Shown here: positions 9,474-21,550 of the stretch, piece by piece
Numbering within the stretch: position 1 is the first letter of the stretch
How the letters are laid out: every line of letters starts with the position of its first letter
Source: Actinomycetota bacterium
Lineage (GTDB): Bacteria; Actinomycetota; Coriobacteriia; Anaerosomatales; PHET01
Reading direction: 5' to 3'
Assembly (NCBI GenBank): GCA_029265315.1
Contig: JAJUJM010000007.1
Span: 27,270 to 91,269 of the forward strand
DNA: 64,000 bases
Made by a program: the position numbers and the translations under genes
The notes under the pieces: generated by a model
What the model saw: the letters and a program-made list of their open reading frames with translations, nothing else
Database searches by the model: none
What the model was told of the DNA's origin: nothing

Positions 9474-10846
9474 TGCCCTTCCTTCCGGAAACGCACCGCC
9501 GGCACCTCGTCGTCGGCTGGGAAGTCATCGAGAGGCGGGCACAGAAGGTATCCCTGGCCGTGCGTGACCCCCAGGGCCCGCAGTCTCTCAAGCTCGCCCT
9601 GGGTCTCGATACCCTCGGCGACAAGTCGTGCGCCCAGCCTGTCAGCGAACATGACGAGCGACTCGATCAGCGAGGACCTGACCTCGTCCGTGTCACAGCC
9701 GCGGACGAGCGAGATGTCTATCTTGAGCCACTCGGGGCGCACTTCGGCCAGACACTGGAGCGAACCGTACCCGGCGCCGGCGTCGTCGACAGCCACACGG
9801 AACCCCAGGGCTCGCACGAAGTCCAGCGTCGCCCGGAAGAGGCAGAAATCAGCGATCGCCGCACGCTCGGTGAGCTCCAGCACGACGCGATCAGGCGGCA
9901 CCTTCGCCTCGGCGAGCATCTCAGAAGTGACCGCGTCACGGAGCTGAGGGTCGCCCACCGCCTCCGGCTCCACGTTCAGGAACAGCAGCCGGTCTTCCGG
10001 CATCCTCGCCGCGGCCTCGAGCGCCTTCTTGCGGCATACGCGTTCGAGGCGCATCACGAAATCGGCGTCATAGGCCACCGTGAACAACTTGTCAGGCCGC
10101 TCGAACTCCGAGCCTTCCGGCCCCCGCGAGAGGGCCTCGTAGCCGACGATACGCATCGTGGCGAGCTCGAAGACGGGATGGACCAGCGTGCGGATCCGTT
10201 CGTGCGCGAGGATGTCGCGCAGTCCCGCGACCCGCTCCACCGCATCCGCTGCCTCGCGCGTGTGGCTGTCCTCGAGAGCCATCTCAAGAGCGTCGTAGAC
10301 CATGCGCTCCAACCGCAGGTTCTCATCGGCACACACCGTGGCCGCTCCCACATAGCACCCGAACTTGGCGAACAGCGCAGGCTCTATACGCTCGGCCAGC
10401 TTCTCGCTCACGCGAGCTTCGACACGACGAGCGAGCATGACACGGGAGGAGGGGTCGATGCACGCCGTCGTCCGCGGCGGCGAGAGCACGATCACGAAAG
10501 CGTTGCCTGAGTTCATGAGCTCTGCGATCACATCGGCGTCGCGCAGTGTCTCGCCGGCGATCTCATCTAGCACGTCAGCGACATGTCGCATGACGTCGTC
10601 GAACGCCTGCCAACCGTAGATCTCCTCGATGCGCGAGTAGCGCACCACGTTCACCGCGAGGAGCGACACCTCGCCTCTCTCTTCGAGCAACGTCGCGATC
10701 CGTGGGAACAGGAGGGGCGTCGTGGGCAGCCCCGTCACGGGGTCGAACAACAGACGCTTGAGCTCAGGCTGGCGCTCAACAAGCTCCCCGAAGTCGAGCC
10801 ACGACTCGAGGAGGAATCGTGAGCCGTGCATGCCGATGTCGTCCAT
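9470..10846 (-). CDS. c-di-GMP phosphodiesterase (EAL) with degenerate N-terminal GGDEF-like domain
   Basis: EALSR, FLNV, ELTE, DDAGAGYGSL, KID, AEGIE, QGY; N-terminal DPVTGLP but SGNAF in place of GGDEF; stop overlaps the selD start (GTGA). Confidence 0.9.
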   Translation of the reverse strand: MDDIGMHGSRFLLESWLDFGELVERQPELKRLLFDPVTGLPTTPLLFPRIATLLEERGEVSLLAVNVVRYSRIEEIYGWQAFDDVMRHVADVLDEIAGETLRDADVIAELMNSGNAFVIVLSPPRTTACIDPSSRVMLARRVEARVSEKLAERIEPALFAKFGCYVGAATVCADENLRLERMVYDALEMALEDSHTREAADAVERVAGLRDILAHERIRTLVHPVFELATMRIVGYEALSRGPEGSEFERPDKLFTVAYDADFVMRLERVCRKKALEAAARMPEDRLLFLNVEPEAVGDPQLRDAVTSEMLAEAKVPPDRVVLELTERAAIADFCLFRATLDFVRALGFRVAVDDAGAGYGSLQCLAEVRPEWLKIDISLVRGCDTDEVRSSLIESLVMFADRLGARLVAEGIETQGELERLRALGVTHGQGYLLCPPLDDFPADDEVPAVRFRKEGQ

Positions 10847-10923
10847 CTGACGAGCTCCCCTCGTATCCGGTCACTACGAAAGGATAACCCCACTCACCAC
10901 TCCGCAGTCGCGAAGCGGTCCGA

Positions 10924-12930
10924 TCACGCGTAGGTGACCCGCAGCGCCGTGGCTCCGTTGGCCTCTAGAGGGACGGTGAACGCCTTGCCCCCGACAGCGA
11001 CCGGCGCACCACCTCGGACATCAGCGATCGACGCGACCCGTCGGTCGCATTCGAGGTCGGCATCGACCTTCTCGGGCGCGTGGTTCAGCAGAACCAGCAC
11101 GTCATCCGCCTCACCTTGGAACAAAGCAACCTCCACCTCGGGCGCCCTGCACAGCACCGGCGCCCCACACCCGGCACCCCGCGCCACGGCTCCGTAGACC
11201 TCACGAGCGAGGTGTGACACCGGACGCGGGGTCGCCCACGGGTCGCCCTGGGCGATCGCCCGCTCAAGCGGCACCGCCACGAACACCGCACGTCCTTGTC
11301 CCACCTGGTTCACAGTCAAGAGCGGACTGCCCTTCGCGTCTGTCGCCACGATCGTCGCAGTCCCTCCGGACAGCAGCGCATGGTTGGGCACATCGAACCG
11401 TGCGTCGAAACTCTCCAGTGCGCCAAGGATGTCAGCCTGCGCCACACGGCACGACAGTCGTGATCTGGGGCCTGCGTCGCCGAGGAACTCCACTCCGAAC
11501 AGGTCGCGCGTGGCCGCGGGCGCATCGCCGCCACCGTAGCTCATCAGCAGCGTCCCTCCGCCTTGCACGAATGCCCCCAAGCGCTCCCATGTCTCGTCAC
11601 GAAGCTTGAACGCACTCGGCACGACGAGCACCAGGTACTCGCCGAAGTCGTCATCCTCCCTGACCACCGTGACCGGCACGTGCGCCTGTTTTGCGATGAT
11701 GAACGCTTGCAGGCACGCACGCGGGTCGTAGAGGCCCGCGAGCGATGGCAGCGGGTCGAACCGCTCACTCGGCACCACCACCGCCGTACGCTCGGCGATG
11801 AGCGCATGGGACTTCAGGTCGATTCGCGCGACGGTCCGAACGAACCTGGCGATCTCGGAGAAGACCGGTTTGGGCAGGCCCTCGGAATCGGCCACTCCCA
11901 CCAGTGTCTCGAACGGGTCGAGGAAGTAGGGCTCCCGGCGTTCCGTGTCCATGTCCCGGTAACGCCGCAGCATCACACCGGCGGCGCGGTTCATGAGCCC
12001 GGACCACAGGACGTTGCGCACGTACGCCGCCTCTTCTGCGGCCGAGTGGTCAAGCGCCAGCACGCCGACCTCGTCAAGCAGGACCGGACGGCCGCGGTGC
12101 GCGTTGCGCAGCAGGAACGCATCAAGGTAGGTCGAGGGACCGCTCGTGAGAGGGCCTTCGGCCGCATAGGCGCGATACGCTGCGGTCAGGTGCGAGACAG
12201 CGAACTCGTTGGCGGCGAGCACATCAGTGGCGTCGACTCCCGTGGCGCGATACAGCGTCTCGGCGTCGGCGCCCAGGCCTATCGGACGCTTCGGGTCGAT
12301 CTCGCGAATCGCCTCGCGCAAAGCGTTGACCCACGCTTCCAGCGCTTCCGCGGACTCGAATCCCGACAGGAAGGCCTCGTTGCCAAGCTGCCACGCGAAC
12401 ACCCCGCTGTCCGACCGCAGATGAGAGACGACCTTCTGGGCCAACGCCACCTCGCGCTGAAGCAGGTAGGAATCGGTGCGCGGGTCGCGCTTCTTGCCCC
12501 ATCCGACATCGGTCAGGTCAGCGTGTCGATCGTCCGCGAACAGACACACCACCGTCTGCATCTTCTTCGCGCGAGCGTCCGCGACGAGGGAGGCGAGCTT
12601 GGCGAGCGCCTCTTCGGAGTACTGCCCCACCTGGGGCTCGAGCACGCGCCAGCTCACGAAGATCCGCACGAGCGCACACCGCGCCTCAGCGAGTGCCGCA
12701 AGGTCTTCGGACAAGTCGCGCTCGTACCAGTCGTCGGGGCCCTGCGTCTCGGTGTCGAGCGGATACAGCGACACGCCCACCGGGAACAGCGGGTTGCGTT
12801 GCAGGGCCTTCGCAGGAGCCGTGGCGGCGGCCGCCTCGGCGGTGGCCCGTCGAGGCACGGAAGCCGGTGTGGCCTGCTCGCGTTCTATGCGTTGACGCGG
12901 CTGACGGGGGCCGCTCTTGCGAGTCGGCAT
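10924..12930 (-). CDS. clan GH-A glycoside hydrolase (GH5/GH42-like) with beta-galactosidase trimerisation-like domain
   Basis: LVRIFVSWRVLEP, AWQLGNE (acid/base), VLLDEVG (nucleophile), FVQGGGTLLMSY, NQVGQGRAVF; no signal peptide. Confidence 0.8.
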   Translation of the reverse strand: MPTRKSGPRQPRQRIEREQATPASVPRRATAEAAAATAPAKALQRNPLFPVGVSLYPLDTETQGPDDWYERDLSEDLAALAEARCALVRIFVSWRVLEPQVGQYSEEALAKLASLVADARAKKMQTVVCLFADDRHADLTDVGWGKKRDPRTDSYLLQREVALAQKVVSHLRSDSGVFAWQLGNEAFLSGFESAEALEAWVNALREAIREIDPKRPIGLGADAETLYRATGVDATDVLAANEFAVSHLTAAYRAYAAEGPLTSGPSTYLDAFLLRNAHRGRPVLLDEVGVLALDHSAAEEAAYVRNVLWSGLMNRAAGVMLRRYRDMDTERREPYFLDPFETLVGVADSEGLPKPVFSEIARFVRTVARIDLKSHALIAERTAVVVPSERFDPLPSLAGLYDPRACLQAFIIAKQAHVPVTVVREDDDFGEYLVLVVPSAFKLRDETWERLGAFVQGGGTLLMSYGGGDAPAATRDLFGVEFLGDAGPRSRLSCRVAQADILGALESFDARFDVPNHALLSGGTATIVATDAKGSPLLTVNQVGQGRAVFVAVPLERAIAQGDPWATPRPVSHLAREVYGAVARGAGCGAPVLCRAPEVEVALFQGEADDVLVLLNHAPEKVDADLECDRRVASIADVRGGAPVAVGGKAFTVPLEANGATALRVTYA

Positions 12931-12937
12931 GTACGGG

Positions 12938-14101
12938 TCACTCCCTCGCTTCCGCGTAGACGTCGTACAACTGCCAGAACAACCCTTGCCGCCGCGTGTC
13001 ATGGTACGCGGCGCGCCGGATCTCATGGTGCGCCAAGGCGTATTCGCCCTCCGTGAGCAGAACCGCAGCAAGCCCGAATCGCGCCCTCACGAACGTCGGA
13101 TCGAGCTCCACCGCTCGCAGGTACGCCTGCTTGGCCTGGCCGTAGCGCTGCAGACCGAGCAGGGACTCGGCCAGCAGCACGTGCGGCATCGGCTGGTTCG
13201 GGACGGCCTTGGCCAGCGCGCCGAACACCCTGGCCGCGTTGCGGTTCAGGCCCGGACGCTTCGCGAAGGCCGCACCGAGCACGTAGACGGCCGTCGGGGT
13301 CTTCGTGGACACGGCGAGCGCCCTCAGGGCCACTGCCATGGCCTCGTTGACCGCCTCCTGCTTGAGGTACAGGTACCCCGCTAGAGCGAGCGCCTCCGGA
13401 TCGTCGGGATTGTCGTCCAGTATGAGCCGGATCAGGTCGACCGCACTGAAGAAGTCCTCCTCGAATGCCAGGGCGAACGCCGCGGCGAGACGACTGTCCC
13501 GGTCCGGCGGCACGTCGATGGGGTCGGGCGCCGGCGTGCCGTCGTCGTAGACGCCCGCGAGCGCGAAGAAGAAATCGTCTTGACTCGGGTCGAGCTCACC
13601 CGCCTTGCGAAAACCCGGCAGAGCGGTGGCCATGCCCTCCTTCTTGAGGGCGGCCACGGCCAGGTTGTACATCGCCCGGGCCTCGTGCGCGTCGAGCTCG
13701 AGGGCCTTCTTCCACGCCTCGATGGCCTCCTCCTCGAAGGCGGCCGCCGCGAACGCCTCTCCGAGCTGCACGTGCGCGGTGACGAGGTCCGGCACGACCT
13801 CGGCGAGTTCGTGCCACACCAGTATCGACTGGTCCCACATGCCTCCACGCCGGTCGTACGCGAGTCCGAGCGAGAGGTAGGCCGGCGCGCAGTCGGCATC
13901 GAGCTCGATGGCGCGGCTCGCAGCCGCGATCGCTTCGTCGTAGAAGTCGCCGGCGAGGAACAGGTCCGACAGCAGCGTGTGCACAAGCGGATCGCCTTCA
14001 TCGAGGCGAAGCGCTTCGTAACACGCCTCGACCGCGGGAGCCACGTGCCCCTGGCGGGCAAGGCCCTCGGCCAGAAGGACCTGACGTCCGCGCGGACTCA
14101 T
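12938..14101 (-). CDS. tetratricopeptide repeat protein
   Basis: Multiple TPR-like repeats (AIELDADCAPAYLSLG, ALELDAHEARAMYNLA, AVELDPTFVRARFGLA). Confidence 0.9.
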   Translation of the reverse strand: MSPRGRQVLLAEGLARQGHVAPAVEACYEALRLDEGDPLVHTLLSDLFLAGDFYDEAIAAASRAIELDADCAPAYLSLGLAYDRRGGMWDQSILVWHELAEVVPDLVTAHVQLGEAFAAAAFEEEAIEAWKKALELDAHEARAMYNLAVAALKKEGMATALPGFRKAGELDPSQDDFFFALAGVYDDGTPAPDPIDVPPDRDSRLAAAFALAFEEDFFSAVDLIRLILDDNPDDPEALALAGYLYLKQEAVNEAMAVALRALAVSTKTPTAVYVLGAAFAKRPGLNRNAARVFGALAKAVPNQPMPHVLLAESLLGLQRYGQAKQAYLRAVELDPTFVRARFGLAAVLLTEGEYALAHHEIRRAAYHDTRRQGLFWQLYDVYAEARE

Positions 14102-14757
14102 CGGGCCGCCCCCGGCACCGCGGCGCCCGTGACCTTGGCCACGAGCTTGAGCGCGCTCTCCGCGCCACGGACCACGCCGTTGGCGCCCACGCGCTTGGCA
14201 AGCGACACGTCAGCGGCGAAAGGACCACCGGACACGAACAGGACCAGGTCGTCTCGACCTCCGGCGGCAAACATCTCCCGCACTCTGGACACCGACAGCG
14301 CGGTGGAGTTCATCTGCGCGAACACGATGACGATACGCGCACCGGTCTCCTCCGCACGCTCGAGGAACTCCGCCGGCCGCACGTCTTCACCCAGATCGAT
14401 CGCCCGATGGCCGGCCTCTTTGAGCGCGGCCGCGGTGATGTCCTTGTCGATCGAGTGGAGGTCGCGGTGCATGGTGCCGAGCAGTATGGTGACCCCGGTG
14501 TCCTGCGCGGTGGTCGGTGGCGTCACGAAGCTCGTGATCTGCTCGGCCACCACGGCGGCCTGCGTGAAACCGTACTCGTCTATCGCGCCGCTCGCCCACG
14601 CACCGCCCAGAAGCGACATGGCGGGCGCGAACAGTTGGTCGAACAGCTTGGCCTGCGCGACACCGGACTGTTTGACCCGTTCGATGACCGAGATAGCGGC
14701 GGCAGGGTCCTGATTCACGAAGGCCTGATACAGGCTCGCGGCAGCGTCATCAGCCAT
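14098..14757 (-). CDS. corrinoid (B12-binding) protein: cap domain plus Rossmann domain
   Basis: PAMSLLGGAWASG cap; DLHSID (DxHxxG variant), IDLGEDV, VSGGPF, VGANG. Confidence 0.85.
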   Translation of the reverse strand: MADDAAASLYQAFVNQDPAAAISVIERVKQSGVAQAKLFDQLFAPAMSLLGGAWASGAIDEYGFTQAAVVAEQITSFVTPPTTAQDTGVTILLGTMHRDLHSIDKDITAAALKEAGHRAIDLGEDVRPAEFLERAEETGARIVIVFAQMNSTALSVSRVREMFAAGGRDDLVLFVSGGPFAADVSLAKRVGANGVVRGAESALKLVAKVTGAAVPGAAR

Positions 14758-14885
14758 GAGTACCAAGCCTCCCTTCCTCCATCAGCCCGGCCGCACGTCC
14801 ATCCGTCAGGCCCGAATCGTCGCCCCATCCTCTGGCAGTATCCCACCGTGCGCACTCGGCATGTGCCCGCGACACAGGAAGTCCG

Positions 14886-14973
14886 TGGTGGCGGCGGTGG
14901 GATTCGAACCCACGAGCCCGGAAGGGCCAGCGGATTTTAAGTCCGCCTCCTGTGCCAGTTCGGATACGCCGCC
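14886..14973 (-). tRNA. tRNA-Leu (anticodon UAA)
   Basis: GGCGGCGTATCCGAACTGGCA...GCGGACTTAAAATCCGC...GGTTCGAATCC...CGCCGCCACCA; directly follows the ppx stop. Confidence 0.96.
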
Positions 14974-15921
14974 TCACTGACCCGATTCCTGCAGGTCGCG
15001 ATAGGTGCTCAACAGTATCCCATAGAGGATGTCGTGCTCGCTCACCTCGAAGTGGTCCAGACCGGACAGGGCGAGCACCGTCTCCAGGATGAGCGTGCCC
15101 GCCACGATGACCCCTGCTCTTTCGGGATGCAACCCCGGGATGAGTCGACGCTCTTCGAGGTCCACGCCGGCGAATCGCTCGAGCAACTCCGCGACATCAG
15201 AACCGGTGACCTCAGAGGAGTGAACCGCTTCCGAATCGTACGTCGTCATCCCCGCCAAGACCGCGGCGAGTGTGGTCGCCGTTCCGGCCAGCGCGATCAT
15301 CGACTGGGGCCGTACTGGCGAGCGGTCGAAGAACCCGCGGAACTCGGCGGCGGCCCACCGTCGCGCTTCGTCCAGCTCAATCGTCGTGGGCGGGTCCGAA
15401 TGGAAGAACCGCTCAGTCATGCGACGCGAGCCCACATCGACCGACCGAACGGCCTCGATGCGTGGCCCCGCATCACCCGCCGCACCGAGTATGAGTTCGG
15501 TCGACCCGCCGCCACAGTCCACGACCAGAAGCCCTTCGCCTTGACGCCCCCACACGGCGCCGGAGAATGAGAGCTCGGCCTCTGTCTGCCCTTCGATGAC
15601 GCTGACTTCGACACCGCGGTCAGCGAGCATGCGGATGAACTCGGGCCCGTTGTCCGCGTCACGGCTCGCGCTCGTCGCCACCGCGTTGCAGTGACGCACA
15701 CCGAGCGCCTGCAGACGTTCCGCATACCCAGCTACGACGTCCGCGACCCTTGTCATCCCTTCGGACGAGAGACGTCCCGTGTGTGCCAAGCCTGAACCCA
15801 AGTGCGTGATATCGGTCGATCGTTCGATCTCTTCGATGCCGTCCGGTCCCACGTCAGCGATCAGCAGACGTGTCGTCACCGTACCGATGTCGATTGCGGC
15901 GATGCGCACGGTCCCGCTCAT
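14974..15921 (-). CDS. ppx: Ppx/GppA family exopolyphosphatase
   Basis: IAAIDIGT, ATSASRDA, EAELSF, VDCGGGSTE, DILYG. Confidence 0.93.
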   Translation of the reverse strand: MSGTVRIAAIDIGTVTTRLLIADVGPDGIEEIERSTDITHLGSGLAHTGRLSSEGMTRVADVVAGYAERLQALGVRHCNAVATSASRDADNGPEFIRMLADRGVEVSVIEGQTEAELSFSGAVWGRQGEGLLVVDCGGGSTELILGAAGDAGPRIEAVRSVDVGSRRMTERFFHSDPPTTIELDEARRWAAAEFRGFFDRSPVRPQSMIALAGTATTLAAVLAGMTTYDSEAVHSSEVTGSDVAELLERFAGVDLEERRLIPGLHPERAGVIVAGTLILETVLALSGLDHFEVSEHDILYGILLSTYRDLQESGQ

Positions 15922-16424
15922 GGGTGCACCCCCTGCTCGAACGCACGTGAGCACCGGTCGCGACCACATGTCTCCGTCGCTTTCGCGACGATCTCTTCGC
16001 CGATGGGATCGGCGACTCCCGCAAGGAACAGGGCCACGTGCGCATGCAGACACTTCACATTGCCGGGCACACGCTGGCCGGCGATGCCGTCACCCGCGCA
16101 CGCGTCCGAGCCACCACCCTCCTGCGCCCGCTTCACCACGAGCGCCTTCTCCGCGCGCGCGAGGCGGGCGGCGAGCACGGGTTCGGAAGCGATGCGCGCG
16201 TTCCACGCACCCAACTCCCCGGATGATTCGGCGCCTGAAGCCGCCTGCGACAGATGTGGGCAAGTGAGCCATGCCCACGTGGGAAACCGTGTGCCGTCAT
16301 CAAGCAGTGAGGGCGAGACGATCACGCTGGGATGCCCGAACGGACAGCGACGCGCGACACGCCAGGGCGTTCTGGGCCGGCGCCCCGTCTGCCACTCGAT
16401 CACGGCCTCGACAGCATCGCGCAC
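15918..16424 (-). CDS. DUF501 family protein
   Basis: RRCPFGHP, FPTWAWLTCP, VKCLHAH; typical position between ftsB and ppx. Confidence 0.88.
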   Translation of the reverse strand: MRDAVEAVIEWQTGRRPRTPWRVARRCPFGHPSVIVSPSLLDDGTRFPTWAWLTCPHLSQAASGAESSGELGAWNARIASEPVLAARLARAEKALVVKRAQEGGGSDACAGDGIAGQRVPGNVKCLHAHVALFLAGVADPIGEEIVAKATETCGRDRCSRAFEQGVHP

Positions 16425-16430
16425 CCGCGC

Positions 16431-16964
16431 TCACCTCACGCCGAACACGAGGTCGAGCACGCCGGTCCATGGTCCGACCGGGTCTGCGGGCATATGGTCG
16501 GAATCAACCTCAGGTACCGCACACGTCGCGGTCGAAAGCGTCGAGCCATCATCGCTGCGGACCACCACGACGTGTTCCCCGCGCTTCACCAGGCCCAGCT
16601 GGGTCCGTGCGTAGTCCTCGACCCCTTCCGGCGTCTGCAACCGCGCGACCTCGGTGCTGAGACGTCGATTGCGGGCCTTGAGAGCTTGCAGCTCGGCCGT
16701 GAGGCGAGCGCGCTCACGCACCTCCCGGTATTGAACTCGGGCCACTGGATAGTAGGCGGCGATGAAGGCGACGAGGATGATCAGGACCGATAACGGCACC
16801 GCCCACCAGCGAGCGGCCGAGGGGGCATCACAGGAGTCGGGATCCACAGAAGCCCGACCGTTGCGGGCCGGACGCGATGGTACGAACGGACGTCCGCGGG
16901 CGACCTTGGTGGTCGTGCGCCGCGATATCGCTGCAGCCCCGTTCTGCGTGTTTCTCGGTGCCAT
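16431..16964 (-). CDS. septum formation initiator (FtsB/DivIC family)
   Basis: TM helix, coiled coil, VEDYARTQLGLVKRGE. Confidence 0.85.
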   Translation of the reverse strand: MAPRNTQNGAAAISRRTTTKVARGRPFVPSRPARNGRASVDPDSCDAPSAARWWAVPLSVLIILVAFIAAYYPVARVQYREVRERARLTAELQALKARNRRLSTEVARLQTPEGVEDYARTQLGLVKRGEHVVVVRSDDGSTLSTATCAVPEVDSDHMPADPVGPWTGVLDLVFGVR

Positions 16965-17075
16965 GCGCCTGAGAAGTCCTGTAGGAAGGCCAGCGTGCGA
17001 AGGGTCGCTTCGGCCCTTCGTACCGGAATGGTAGCACCACGCGGTCCGCGTGTCGCCTCTACGTCAGGTAGAGGT

Positions 17076-18476
17076 TCACTCGACGGTCCGCACGTGGATC
17101 AGGTCGGTACCCCCCGGCACGCGAGTGGCCAGACCGGCGGTGAACGCGATGCGCTCCCCCGTCCGGGCCAGACCGGCTTCGCGCATCCTCGCTGTCACCG
17201 CATCAAGCAGCTCCGTGGTCGTCTCCGTGAAGGGCACCACGACTGACCGCACGCCCCAGACGAGCGCAAGGCGCCTGGCGACCTCTGACGATGGGACCGC
17301 GGCGATGAGCGGCGCAGCGGGGCGGAAACGAGATACCGCGAGTGCGGTCGCTCCGGACTGGGTCATCGTGACGATCGCTGCCAACTCAAGCTCGCTCGCC
17401 AGCTCACTCACCGCGGCGCTCACCGCAGCTTGTACATCATCGCGCATCCCCGTGGCTCGCGGGGGTCGCGGTGGCGCTGCCGCATCCTCGGCGGCGACGA
17501 TGATGCGTGCCATGGTCTCGACGGACTCGACCGGGTACTTCCCGACGGCCGTCTCCCCCGACAGCATGACCGCATCGGCTCTACCGAAGATGGCGGTGGC
17601 GACATCACTCGCCTCGGCCCGGGTCGGGCGGGGACGTTCACGCATCGAATCGAGCATCTCGGTGGCGATGATCACGGGCTTGCCCGCCGAACGGGCCACA
17701 CCGACTATGCGGCGCTGTAGGACGGGGACGCGTTCGGGTGACGTCTCCACGCCGAGGTCCCCGCGAGCGACCATCACGGCATCGGCTGCTTCTATGATCG
17801 ACTCGAGCCGGTCAGCAGCCTCGTGTTTCTCGATCTTGGCGACTATCGGCAGTTGCCGATCCCTCATGAGACCGCGGAGCGCATGCACGTCATCCGCCGA
17901 ACGGACGAACGACTGGCCGAGCCAATCGATGTCACTGGCGAGCGCCCAAGCCAGCAACGTCGTGTCGAATCGCGTGATCGGCTCCACTGAGAGCGTGACC
18001 CCCGGGACATTGACGCCCTTGCGGCTCAAGAGCGCTCCCCCCGTGACGACCTCGACACAGACCTCACCGGGAGCCGTCGACGTCACGACGAGTTCGATAC
18101 GACCGTCGTCGATGAGGATGCGATCACCCGGCCCGACATCATCAGCGAGTGCCCGGTGGCTCACCGTGACACGGGACGAATCGCCCACGCACTCCTCAGC
18201 CACGAGACGCAGCTGCCTTCCGGGCTTGAGCTCCACACCCGGTACGACTTCACCTACCCGAAGCTTCGGCCCGGGCAGGTCGAGCAGCACGCCCACCTCG
18301 CGTCCGGCCTCGGCCGCCATGGCGCGCGCCACGCGCAGACGTTCGGCCAGCTCGCCCGGCCCAGCATGCGCAGCGTTCAGGCGGAACACGTCGACCCCTG
18401 CGGACAACAGTGCGTACAGCACGCCTGGCGAATCGGTGGCTGGCCCGAGAGTGGCGACGATCTTGGTCCGACGCAT
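17076..18476 (-). CDS. pyk: pyruvate kinase
   Basis: RRTKIVATLGPA, DLPGPKLR, AKIE, MVARGDLGVE, DAVMLSGETAVGKYP. Confidence 0.97.
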   Translation of the reverse strand: MRRTKIVATLGPATDSPGVLYALLSAGVDVFRLNAAHAGPGELAERLRVARAMAAEAGREVGVLLDLPGPKLRVGEVVPGVELKPGRQLRLVAEECVGDSSRVTVSHRALADDVGPGDRILIDDGRIELVVTSTAPGEVCVEVVTGGALLSRKGVNVPGVTLSVEPITRFDTTLLAWALASDIDWLGQSFVRSADDVHALRGLMRDRQLPIVAKIEKHEAADRLESIIEAADAVMVARGDLGVETSPERVPVLQRRIVGVARSAGKPVIIATEMLDSMRERPRPTRAEASDVATAIFGRADAVMLSGETAVGKYPVESVETMARIIVAAEDAAAPPRPPRATGMRDDVQAAVSAAVSELASELELAAIVTMTQSGATALAVSRFRPAAPLIAAVPSSEVARRLALVWGVRSVVVPFTETTTELLDAVTARMREAGLARTGERIAFTAGLATRVPGGTDLIHVRTVE

Positions 18477-18542
18477 CAGTGTGACCCCCATGACGGCTTG
18501 ACCTCGTCATGAGTGCTTACCCGATGCGACGCTCATCGAGCG

Positions 18543-19436
18543 CTACTCGGCCGCCTTCGGAAGGCGCACGAGCTGCACACCGTCGTCGGTTCGGCGAACG
18601 GTGATCTCCTCGCGGGCCAGACGGTGTGCCGCGGTGCGAAGGTTCCCGTAAAGCCTCTCGACACCGTCGCGCTCGGTCTTGACGTGCAGGGCGCGGTCGC
18701 CGCCGGACAGGAAGTAGCGGATGAGCCTTGTCGCGGCCCCACGGGGGGCCGGGTAGGGAACGTCGATGATGCGTGCCTCGATGTCCCACGCCTCGTCGAG
18801 CGTACAGCGCTCGCACCACTTCTCGACTCCAGCGACGAGGATCACGGCTCGTTTCTGGTCCTTCTCCCCACACACGTCATTCGTCACCAGACGGATACGC
18901 ACGTCGAAGCATTGGATGGCCGCCGCGCGCGCCACGAACGCCCAATCCATCGAACCATCATCGTCGAGCAGCATGATGATTCGGTCGCGGACATGCCGCG
19001 CGAGCAGGTTGAGCAGCGTGAGAAGCCCTACGCCGCGACGAGGCGTGAACGTCACCACGGCGTTATCGAAGACCGCAGCGTCTGTTAGATCCTCGACCAT
19101 GCCGAGCATGGTGGCGAGGCGCGGGTCGTTGGCCACATCCGACATCAAGATGCGACGCAGCATGCCCTGCGATGGCTCGAGCGCGATGAGAGACTCTGTT
19201 CGCGACAGCAAGGGACGGGTGAGCAGACCCGTGGCAGCGCCGACTTCGAGCAGCGTCTCGCTCATCGGAACCTCTTCGAGCAACGCCTCTACAAGTTCGG
19301 GGAAGATCCGCTCCTGCCCGAACGTGTAGTCATAGCTGTTCGCGAGACGCTCTCGCCGGGCGAGCGTCGATTCGATGGGAACACCGAACTGCGTGTTCTC
19401 CGCATCGATGACCGATCGCTTCGACTGACCACCCAC
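18543..19436 (-). CDS. class I SAM-dependent methyltransferase with extra C-terminal domain
   Basis: LLEVGAATG motif I, ALEPSQGM motif II; start uncertain. Confidence 0.75.
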   Translation of the reverse strand: MGGQSKRSVIDAENTQFGVPIESTLARRERLANSYDYTFGQERIFPELVEALLEEVPMSETLLEVGAATGLLTRPLLSRTESLIALEPSQGMLRRILMSDVANDPRLATMLGMVEDLTDAAVFDNAVVTFTPRRGVGLLTLLNLLARHVRDRIIMLLDDDGSMDWAFVARAAAIQCFDVRIRLVTNDVCGEKDQKRAVILVAGVEKWCERCTLDEAWDIEARIIDVPYPAPRGAATRLIRYFLSGGDRALHVKTERDGVERLYGNLRTAAHRLAREEITVRRTDDGVQLVRLPKAAE

Positions 19437-19459
19437 CCTGAAGCCCCCTGAGGCATCGT

Positions 19460-21549
<2,090 letters not shown>

Positions 21550-21550
21550 G

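Noticed and set aside
14760-14890. Genomic island integrated at a tRNA 3' end (Leu, Sec, Phe or Asp)
   Set aside because: No integrase or transposase, and no duplicated tRNA 3' end was seen in the window
16996-17022. Hairpin in the ftsB leader as a riboswitch
   Set aside because: A single stem-loop without a known aptamer consensus; more likely a 5' stabiliser or the pyk terminator
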